A stretch of 62,691 nucleotides of DNA, the filler included. It is 4 parts of 4 records of this genome, joined end to end, with 100 filler letters (N's around TTAATTAATTAA, not from the genome) between each part and the next. Parts side by side here need not be neighbours in the genome. Positions count along the whole stretch, not along the records: positions 25,461 to 37,173 come from SRR20825010_3792; positions 37,274 to 58,342 come from SRR20825010_3797; 2 more parts are not named here. One strand, given 5' to 3'. Positions 29,886-37,985 of the stretch are shown here, piece by piece. The first letter of the stretch is position 1, and each line of letters begins with the position of its first letter. The notes under the pieces are model-generated. The model was not told the origin of the DNA. It ran no database searches and saw only the letters and a program-made list of their open reading frames with translations. Both the position numbers and the translations under genes were made by a program.

Positions 29886-30773
29886 ATGGATGCCAATAAA
29901 GCCAGTTCGACAGCCTATACGGTCATGCAGGGGCTTTTATGGGCATCGAACCACCCGCATTATGCACCGCTGGTTGACGCCGATATCAGGCAATCAATAC
30001 GGACGTTTCTATCGGCATCCCCCGAGGGACAGCGCCGCATTCAACAGGTGGAAGGCGTGATCTCGACACGCATGCTGCGCCTCTTTGAGAAGCTTCTGGC
30101 GCCCGGCATCAGCGTTCATTACGCGCTGCGGAAAAAGTTCTTCCTGAGCAACGTCGAAAAGCTGATTGCATCAGGCGCCCGGCAGGTCGTGAATATTGGT
30201 GCCGGCTTTGATCTGCTTGCCTGGAATCTCCACAAAAAATACCCCGACGTGAAGTTTGTCGAGATTGATCACCCGTCAACCAGCCAGGAAAAAGTCGCGA
30301 TCATCAATACGGTCTCTACACCGGGGGCGAACCTGTCTTTTCTGGCGTTCGACCTGTCAGAGGAAGGCCTGTACGCCGCACTGTCCTCTCAAAACATCAT
30401 CGAGCCGAACATCTCCACGGTCTTCATTTGTGAAGGCGTGTTCATGTATCTGGATGAAGGGTCCGTCATAAATACATTCAAGGACATTCAGAAATTCGAC
30501 CCCAAAGCGGCTTTCCTTTTCACCGCACTGGCGCCGTTTGAATCATCCGAAAACAACTCCACCTGGCTGCTGCGCACCTATCTTCATCTGAAAAAAGAAC
30601 CCATCGACTGGTGTATCGAGCCCAGCGCGATTGAAGCATTTCTGAAAGGCGTCTCTTTCAAGTGCGACGCCATTCTGGATGATGAAAAAGCATATCTGGA
30701 ATACTTGTCAAAACCACCGGAAACCGCTCTCCACAAGGGCGAATTCATGGTTGCCGCGACGTCAAACATCTGA
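29886..30773 (+). CDS. SAM-dependent methyltransferase, leucine carboxyl methyltransferase (LCM/TIGR00027)-like
   Basis: LRKKFF, QVVNIGAGFD, FVEIDHP and FICEGVFMYL. Confidence 0.85.
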   Translation: MDANKASSTAYTVMQGLLWASNHPHYAPLVDADIRQSIRTFLSASPEGQRRIQQVEGVISTRMLRLFEKLLAPGISVHYALRKKFFLSNVEKLIASGARQVVNIGAGFDLLAWNLHKKYPDVKFVEIDHPSTSQEKVAIINTVSTPGANLSFLAFDLSEEGLYAALSSQNIIEPNISTVFICEGVFMYLDEGSVINTFKDIQKFDPKAAFLFTALAPFESSENNSTWLLRTYLHLKKEPIDWCIEPSAIEAFLKGVSFKCDAILDDEKAYLEYLSKPPETALHKGEFMVAATSNI

Positions 30774-30797
30774 TCACTCTTCCGAAAAAGTGCCTCA

Positions 30798-31772
30798 ATG
30801 CCAATTCAGATAAAAATTGCCGACACTCCGGCTCTGCTGGACGAGCTTTATAAAGTCCGGCACGAGGTTTTCTGCACCGAGGAAGGCTTGTTTCCAGCAA
30901 GACCCGACGGCCGGGTTTTTGACCGGTTTGATGCCTATCCCACATCCACGAATCTCGTCGCGGTCATCGATGACGTGGTGATCGGCGGAATGCGTATCAT
31001 CCTTGATTCGGACGTCGGCTTGCACGCGGATGATTACTACGATTACGGACCGTTGATTCCCGCAGACGCCGTCCGGGCGAGCTCGGGGCATTTCTGCATA
31101 CTCAAACAATACAGATCGTCACAGGTCGCAAACGCGCTGATTTTGATGGCTTGCTATTATGGGTGCTCACAAAATACGGACTGGGTTTTGGCACCGGTTA
31201 ATCCATTGATCGGGCGGATGCTGGGACGGATCGGCTTCAAGAAGGTCGGCGACAGTTTCGAGGTGCCTGGAATCACGGTCAAAGTGCTGCCCATGCTTCT
31301 GGATGTGCGTGACCTGCAGGACATCTTTATTGATTTCCTGCACCAGAATAATCTCTACAACTTCCTTCAATCCTACGAATGTCACATCTTCAGTCCTGAC
31401 GAGACGATCATCCGTGCAGGCGATGTGGGTGATATGGCCTACATCATTCTCGAGGGTGAAGTGAAAGTATTACACCCTGTCGATAACAGTGTTCTCGCTG
31501 TCCTGGGCCAGGGCGATATTGTCGGTGAACTCGCAATCTTCATGGATGATGTGCGGACCGCAAATGTGGTTGCCACCTCCCCCGTGAGAGCGATGACACT
31601 GCATAAGGACACCTTCCTGGAATTCCTGCGCACCAACCCGGATGAAGCCCTCAATCAATTGAAGCTGCTGGGCCGGCGCATGAAGGCAATGGTCGCGAGT
31701 TACGGCTGCCCTCAGTCCGACGCCCAAACAATGCTGCCCGATCAGAACCGCTTCAGCAGCCGCTCGATATAA
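30798..31772 (+). CDS. N-acyl amino acid synthase-like (FeeM/LuxI-like GNAT fold) fused to a cyclic-nucleotide-binding domain
   Basis: N-terminal YKVRHEVF..E, DRFD, IGGMR, VNP..RIGF; C-terminal IIRAGDVGDMAYIILEGEV and GELAIF...RTANVVA. Confidence 0.8.
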   Translation: MPIQIKIADTPALLDELYKVRHEVFCTEEGLFPARPDGRVFDRFDAYPTSTNLVAVIDDVVIGGMRIILDSDVGLHADDYYDYGPLIPADAVRASSGHFCILKQYRSSQVANALILMACYYGCSQNTDWVLAPVNPLIGRMLGRIGFKKVGDSFEVPGITVKVLPMLLDVRDLQDIFIDFLHQNNLYNFLQSYECHIFSPDETIIRAGDVGDMAYIILEGEVKVLHPVDNSVLAVLGQGDIVGELAIFMDDVRTANVVATSPVRAMTLHKDTFLEFLRTNPDEALNQLKLLGRRMKAMVASYGCPQSDAQTMLPDQNRFSSRSI

Positions 31773-34402
31773 TCCAGCTCAAGGCTCGGCCGTGACCGGT
31801 CCCCCGAGCGTTCCCGCAGCTCGTCGAAGATCCGCCGGGCACGCTGGATGTCGGTTTCCGACGGGATTTCGACATCATTGTTGTCGTTGAAGCCATAGCC
31901 GGTGCGCCGCCGGTTCAGCGGATCGCCGTCCTCGCTTTCGAAATCGTCCTCTTCGGCGCTCTGTCCATTCGGGTTTTCCTGCCCCTGACCGTTCGCCATC
32001 TCACGCAGGGCCTCGTTCAGGGACTCCGCGCCCTGCTGCATCTGGCTCAGGGCATCGCCCTGCGGCCCGACGGCCTGTCCGGGTGCGTTCTCCCCGAGGG
32101 CTTCCGTCGCATCGCGCATGGATTGCTCGGCGCCGCCGAAGCCCTCCGGGATCTGCCCGAGGCCTTCACCAACCTTGCGCATGAACTCGCCAAGCTGCTT
32201 GCGCAGCCGTTCCTGCATGTCCGCCAGCTCCGCTGCCAGTTGCTCGGCCGTCATCTGGCCTTCGCCCTGACCGGGTGACTGGCCCTGCTGACCGTTCTGA
32301 CCCTGTTGCTGGCCGGGCTGTTGGCCGCGCTGCCCCTGTTGCTGACCCTGCTGCCCCTGTTGGCCCGGCTGCTGGCCGCGCTGGCGCTGGTGTTGCTGGA
32401 AGGTCCGGTCCATCAGGTCGCGCTGCTGCTGCGACAGGTCTTTCAGCTGGCGCATCATTTCCTGCAGTGCCTGCTGTTGCGGCGACATCTGCTGCTGCTG
32501 CATGCCCATCCGCAGGTTTTCCATCATCTGCTGCAGCTGCGAGAGCATCTGCCGGGCCGCGTCGCGGGCACCGGTCTTTGCCATGTCCCGCATCTGGTCC
32601 AGCATCTTCATCAGATCCTCGCGGCGGACCATCTGGTTCGGATCGATCTGCTGGCGCTGCATCTGCTCGCCACGCTGGGCCTGCTTCATCATCTGCTCGG
32701 CCATGGCCTGGAGATATTCGTCGATCGCTTTCTGCATTTCCTGCATCAGGCGTTCGATCTCCTCGTCACTGGCATCACCGGCCAGCGCCTCCTGCAACCT
32801 GCGCTCGATGTCCCGCAGCTTGCGCATCGCGGTCGACACCTCGCCATCCTCGATCCTGAGGGCGACATCCCAGAGCAGACTTTGCAGCGCCGCGATGCCT
32901 TCCGTGTCCGGCGCTGTGAAATAGAGCCTGTTCGCCGCCGTTTTCAGACCGAGGAAAACAACAATGTCATGGAAATAGCGGTTTGGCCGGGCGGCAAGGG
33001 TCAGCAGGATTTCCGCGATATCGATGCGCTCTTCCGGCTCACTCACCAGACGCTTGCGCTGCTGGATCACGGCGACTGCCACCGGATGATTGAAGACCCG
33101 CTCCGGCAGCACCATCTCGACCGGCGCGCTTGTCCCGGTCTGATCGAGGTCATCCGCCGCCTCAAGCGTGATGCTCACCTTGTGTCCGGCCCAGGGATGC
33201 GGGGTCAGGTCGTTGAAGCTGCGGCCGGTGATTTCCTTCCGCTCACCGGCAACCGCCGGCATGGTGATCTCGATCGGCGCCTCATCGGTGATGCCGTCAT
33301 CCCCGACGCGATGGATCAGCGCCCGGACCCGAGCCACGCCATAATTGTCCTCCGCCTCGTAGCGCAGGATCAGGGCCTGCCGTTCAGAGGCCGCAGGCGG
33401 CTCCATGAAATCGACGGACGGTACCAGATCCGGCAGCACATTGATGCGCCATTGGGCGAGAGCCTCGTCATCCTGCATCACGGCAAGCCGCGTACCGCGG
33501 GAAATCGGTGTCTGTATCTGATGGCTTTCGGGCGCGATGGTCTCGAAGCTCACCCGCTCCGAGGTGCCTTGCGACGTGCCTTCCGCCGTCTTGTCGGCCG
33601 TGCCCGCAAGAGCGCCGTCCTCAATGACCAGCTCCGGTGTCTCCTCGCCGCCATTGACCGTCGCCAGAAAACGGCTGCCAATCGGGATCGCAACGGTTTC
33701 CGGTTCCTTATCTTCCGCTGGTGCGGCTTCCTGCCGGAGCGCCGGCGGGCGGGAGAGCAGGATCGGCGCCATCCCGGTATAATCCGGCGGGCTGACCCAG
33801 ACATCCGCGAGAGAAGACGGTGCCGCCCCCGCGCCGCGCAGCTCGGGCGTCACCGCGGCCCGCAGCCGTTCACCCGGATTCTGCCAGCCCGCAACGATCC
33901 CCATGAAAAGAATGAGCCCGACGAGGGAGCGCAGGCCGAACGGATCCAGCCGCGCCGCGACCGGCTCCGGACTGCCGACATGGACCTGGCGGCGCACATC
34001 GCCGAGCCGCTTCAGATGCGCCTGCCAGAGGGCCGCTTCCGTCCTGCCGCCACCCGCGACCGCATCGCTCAGGGCAGAGAGCGGCCGGTGCCGCAAACCC
34101 GACCAGCTTTCCAGCCGGCGCAGGATCTGGCTTTCGCCCGGCCAGGAGAAGGCGATGATCGCGCGCCGGAGAGTCCAGAGGAAAAGCCCGAGCACGATGA
34201 CAAGAAAGGCCGCCTGCAGCCAGCCACCGCTGATCTGCCCCAGCGCCTGGGGCAGTTCGATCAGAGATAATCCAAGGAATAGTCCGAGCAGGGCGAGCGG
34301 CCAGCGGAAGGCCGGGAAAAACCGTTCCCACGCCAGCACAAGGCCGGTCGTCCATACCTTCAGCCGGTAGGAGAAGGAAGCCGTCTGGGCATCGTCACGC
34401 AT
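31742..34402 (-). CDS. TIGR02302 / DUF4175 family membrane protein
   Basis: LAWER, ALWQAH, DPFGLR, W..PPDYTG, DNYGV, PHPWAG; Q/G-rich region; ELDYIERLL. Confidence 0.9.
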   Translation of the reverse strand: MRDDAQTASFSYRLKVWTTGLVLAWERFFPAFRWPLALLGLFLGLSLIELPQALGQISGGWLQAAFLVIVLGLFLWTLRRAIIAFSWPGESQILRRLESWSGLRHRPLSALSDAVAGGGRTEAALWQAHLKRLGDVRRQVHVGSPEPVAARLDPFGLRSLVGLILFMGIVAGWQNPGERLRAAVTPELRGAGAAPSSLADVWVSPPDYTGMAPILLSRPPALRQEAAPAEDKEPETVAIPIGSRFLATVNGGEETPELVIEDGALAGTADKTAEGTSQGTSERVSFETIAPESHQIQTPISRGTRLAVMQDDEALAQWRINVLPDLVPSVDFMEPPAASERQALILRYEAEDNYGVARVRALIHRVGDDGITDEAPIEITMPAVAGERKEITGRSFNDLTPHPWAGHKVSITLEAADDLDQTGTSAPVEMVLPERVFNHPVAVAVIQQRKRLVSEPEERIDIAEILLTLAARPNRYFHDIVVFLGLKTAANRLYFTAPDTEGIAALQSLLWDVALRIEDGEVSTAMRKLRDIERRLQEALAGDASDEEIERLMQEMQKAIDEYLQAMAEQMMKQAQRGEQMQRQQIDPNQMVRREDLMKMLDQMRDMAKTGARDAARQMLSQLQQMMENLRMGMQQQQMSPQQQALQEMMRQLKDLSQQQRDLMDRTFQQHQRQRGQQPGQQGQQGQQQGQRGQQPGQQQGQNGQQGQSPGQGEGQMTAEQLAAELADMQERLRKQLGEFMRKVGEGLGQIPEGFGGAEQSMRDATEALGENAPGQAVGPQGDALSQMQQGAESLNEALREMANGQGQENPNGQSAEEDDFESEDGDPLNRRRTGYGFNDNNDVEIPSETDIQRARRIFDELRERSGDRSRPSLELDYIERLLKRF

Positions 34403-34569
34403 GCAAAGACCCATCCCCGGCATAAAGCCGTGTCATCAGGGACGGATCCCGACCGCCTCCCCCGCTGGCTAAACCACCCGCGGCGGCACGGGAACCTGTC
34501 GTTAGCTCATACTCTCCCGGAGACGAACGCCCCGGTCAAGTCTGCGACAATTCAGCTAGCCCGGCCGGA

Positions 34570-35817
34570 CTATTCTTCAAGAGCCAGCATTTCATCAAGC
34601 GACTGGCGGCGGCGGACAATTTTGAAGCTGTCGCCATCCACCAGAACTTCCGGCACGAGCGGCCGGGAGTTGTAGTTCGAGCTCATGACGGCGCCGTAGG
34701 CACCCGCCGATTTCAACACGATAAGGTCGCCATCACTGACCGGTCCGAGGCGGCGGCCACGCGCCAGATAATCCCCGCTCTCGCAGATCGGACCGACGAT
34801 ATCGGCCAGACTGTCTTCCTGACTGGAAGCCGTTTCGGCGACGGTGACAATGTCGTGATGTGCCTCATAGAGGGTCGGGCGGATGAGATCGTTCATGGCG
34901 CCATCGACGATGACGAAGCGCCGGGCACCGCCCTGCTTCACGAACATCACCCGGGTCAGGAAATAGCCTTCGTTGCCGACCAGATAGCGGCCCGGCTCGA
35001 CGGAGAGCCGGCAATCGAGATCGCCGACCGTATCCTTCACGATCTCCGCATACTCGTCGAGATCCGGCGGCGTGGCTCCGTCATAGGAAATGCCGATACC
35101 GCCGCCGAGATCGAGATGGTCGACCTGATAGCCCTGCTGGCGAAGATTGAGCGTCATGCCCCGGAGCCGGTCATAGGCCGCGCGATATGGAGTGACATCC
35201 ATCAGCTGCGAGCCGATATGGACCGACATGCTCCTGAGGCTGACATTTTCCAGCTCGGCCGCCAGCGCGAACATGTCCGGCGCCCGGTCTATATCGATAC
35301 CGAACTTGTTCTCTTTCCGGCCGGTCGTGATCTTGGCGTGGGTCTTGGCATCGACATCCGGATTGACCCGGATCGCCGCCGGCGCGATCACACCCTTGGA
35401 GGCCGCAACCTGGTTCAGGAGCCGGAGCTCGCCTTCCGATTCCACGTTGAACTGGTGAATGCCCGCATCCAGAGCAGCCGCCATTTCGTCCGCCGTCTTG
35501 CCGACACCCGCGAAAACGATCTTGTCCGCCGCGACACCGGCCCGCAGGCTGCGCTGCATCTCACCGCCGGACACCACGTCCATGCCCGCACCCAGCTCAC
35601 CGAACAGCCGGACCACGGCAAGGTTCGAGTTGGCTTTCAGGGCGTAATAGATCGAGACCGGGAGACCCGAGAGCGCAGCCTCCAGCGCGCGATACCGCGC
35701 GGTCATTCCGGTCTTGGAATAAACGTAGACGGGGCTGCCCACTTCATCGGCGATACGGGCGAACGGAACCTGCTCAACAGTCAGGGCGCCATCCACGTAG
35801 GAGACTTGCTCACTCAT
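34570..35817 (-). CDS. lysA: Diaminopimelate decarboxylase
   Basis: YALKANSN, HIGSQ, DLGGG, EPGR, GPICESGD and YNSRP. Confidence 0.97.
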   Translation of the reverse strand: MSEQVSYVDGALTVEQVPFARIADEVGSPVYVYSKTGMTARYRALEAALSGLPVSIYYALKANSNLAVVRLFGELGAGMDVVSGGEMQRSLRAGVAADKIVFAGVGKTADEMAAALDAGIHQFNVESEGELRLLNQVAASKGVIAPAAIRVNPDVDAKTHAKITTGRKENKFGIDIDRAPDMFALAAELENVSLRSMSVHIGSQLMDVTPYRAAYDRLRGMTLNLRQQGYQVDHLDLGGGIGISYDGATPPDLDEYAEIVKDTVGDLDCRLSVEPGRYLVGNEGYFLTRVMFVKQGGARRFVIVDGAMNDLIRPTLYEAHHDIVTVAETASSQEDSLADIVGPICESGDYLARGRRLGPVSDGDLIVLKSAGAYGAVMSSNYNSRPLVPEVLVDGDSFKIVRRRQSLDEMLALEE

Positions 35818-35859
35818 TTCATCAAACTTTCGGTCGGGTAACGTCTTCTGGCTGACGCG

Positions 35860-36006
35860 TTATTGGGTCGGATAGCTGCGCGGGAAATCGGAAGATTGTC
35901 CGGAGGGCGGTTTGAGGTTGCCCTTCTTGCCGCACGCGGTCTGAGTGAAGGCCAAACCAGCGAACAGGACCGCAAGCAGTCCAAACCGGGTCATCCGTTT
36001 CAACAT
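35860..36006 (-). CDS. Small lipoprotein, LppL/LptM(YifL)-like, 48 aa (absent from ORF track)
   Basis: MLKRMTRFGLLAVLFAGLAFTQTA-CGKKGNLKPP...YPTQ*; GAGG RBS upstream; sits between argH and lysA. Confidence 0.85.
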   Translation of the reverse strand: MLKRMTRFGLLAVLFAGLAFTQTACGKKGNLKPPSGQSSDFPRSYPTQ

Positions 36007-36029
36007 CGCACCTCTCCCCTGTCCGTGCG

Positions 36030-37173
36030 TCAGCCGAGGAACCGGTCGCGGGCACGGGCGACCTGTTCACGCACATTATCCGGCGCGGTTCCGCCGTAGC
36101 TGGTCCGGCTCGACACCGAGGCATCGACCGTCAGCACATCGAACACACCGTCCGTGATATCCGGCTCAACCGCCTGCATCTCCGCAAGGCTGAGATCTTC
36201 TATACCGCAGCCCTTGTCCTCGGCCAGCTTCACGATTGTGCCAGTGACATGGTGCGCCCGGCGGAACGGCATGCCGGCAGCCCGGACCAGCCAGTCGGCC
36301 AGATCGGTGGCGGTCGGGAACCCGGCCTTCAGCGAGGCCCGCATCGGGCCCTCGTTAGCCTTCATGTCGCTGATCATACCCGTGGTCGCAGCAATGCAGA
36401 GACCGAGAGAGTCGACCGCATCGAACACCGGCTCCTTGTCTTCCTGCATGTCCTTGCCATAGGCCAGCGGCAGGCCCTTCATGACGATCAGTAGCGCATT
36501 CAGATCGCCGATGATCCGGCCTGATTTCGCCCGCACCAGTTCGGCCGCGTCCGGATTGCGCTTCTGCGGCATGATCGAGCTGCCGGTGGTGAAGGCATCG
36601 GACAGCGTGATGTAATTGAACTGCGCACTGGTCCAGATCACGATCTCTTCGGCCAGACGCGAGAAATGCGTGGCGCAGATCGACATGGCGGACAGGAATT
36701 CGAGCGCGAAATCCCGGTCGGACACGGCGTCGAGCGAGTTCGCCGCAGGGCGGGCGAAGCCCAGCGCTTCCGCCGTCTTGTGCCGGTCGATCGGAAAGGA
36801 CGTGCCGGCCAAAGCCGCGGCGCCGAGCGGACATTCGTTCATCCGCTCCCGGCAATCCCGGAACCGGCCAAGATCCCGGCCGAACATCTCGACATAGGCC
36901 AGCAGGTGGTGCCCGAAGGTGACCGGCTGCGCCGTCTGCAAGTGGGTGAAGCCCGGCATCACCACATCGGCATTACGCTCGGCCTGATCGACCAGCGCTT
37001 CGATCAGCCCGGTCAGGCTCGCATCGACGGAGTCGAGCGCGCCACGCACCCAGAGCTTGAAATCGGTCGCCACCTGATCGTTACGGGAGCGTGCCGTATG
37101 CAGCCGCCCCGCCGCGTCACCGATCAGCTCGGCCAGCCGGTTTTCCACATTCATGTGGATATCTTCCAGCGCG
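36030..37173 (-). CDS. argH: Argininosuccinate lyase (5'-truncated at contig end)
   Basis: [17 protein letters not shown] and [12 protein letters not shown]. Confidence 0.97.
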
Positions 37174-37273
37174 NNNNNNNNNNNNNNNNNNNNNNNNNNN
37201 NNNNNNNNNNNNNNNNNTTAATTAATTAANNNNNNNNNNNNNNNNNNNNNNNNNNNNNNNNNNNNNNNNNNNN
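37174..37273. other. Artificial contig spacer
   Basis: N44-TTAATTAATTAA-N44. Confidence 0.99.
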
Positions 37274-37609
37274 CAAAAGCCCTACTGCGAACCACAGTTC
37301 TGAGCTATAGGGAAATACCAATAGACACAGACTTGCTATGACGGCCCCAATCATAAAAAATGGTTTTCTTCGTCCCCACCCCGGAATCCACGTTTTATCG
37401 GAAATGGCTCCAATTATCGGCTGAATGATCAGCCCCGTGACTGGACCTGCAAGGTTTAGCAACGGCAACTCGGCATGGTCGGCTCCCAGAAATGAAAAAA
37501 TTGGGTTGATGGCCGTTTGCTGGAGGCCAAAGCTAAATTGGATCCCAAAGAACCCAACATTCATATTCCAAATTTGCCAAAAGGAAAGTCTCGTTTTTAA
37601 GATATTCAT
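37274..37609 (-). CDS. MFS sugar transporter (SLC45/GPH sucrose-maltose type), 5' part
   Basis: LSFWQIWNMNVGFFGIQF, AGPVTGLIIQPIIG.SD and GRRKPF. Confidence 0.9.
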
Positions 37610-37985
37610 GCCTTTACTTCAGGTTAATTAATAGTGCTTTTGAAATGCCTTTGTTTCAATTTGATGGATCACCAAAAAGGATATCCTAATGAAGTTTCGT
37701 TGTGCTCTTTTCATCACGTAGCTATAGTAAAGCACAAAAGCAATGATGCCCATATCTATCACGCCCAGAGAAACGTTTTCCATTATTTTTTAGGTTTGGA
37801 TAACAATAACAAGCCTAATATTAGCAATAATGAAATAAGATGCCTCTCAAAACATGGTGTTTTTCGAGAATCGCAAAATGATATCGTTTGTATTTTGAAA
37901 ATAATTTCCAGCCCCTTCCTTTTTGGAAGATTTTCGCTCTATTTCGCGTTCCTGATCTTTGGTTAGAACTGGATGAAACAGGTGA

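Noticed and set aside
30798-31772. Calling the synthase a LuxI AHL synthase or a defence-system cNMP effector
   Set aside because: It lacks the LuxI F-x5-W pattern and has no luxR partner. No cyclase or toxic effector domain is nearby for Pycsar/CBASS.
32260-32520. CTG/CAG-rich quasi-repeats
   Set aside because: They encode the Q/G-rich low-complexity region usual in TIGR02302 proteins; not a CRISPR array or DNA element.
32306-34270. 654-aa + strand ORF and other long antisense ORFs (34855-35841, 28765-29763, 60540-61904, 19785-20693)
   Set aside because: They are shadows of well-supported genes on the opposite strand, mostly in GC-rich DNA, with no recognisable motifs.
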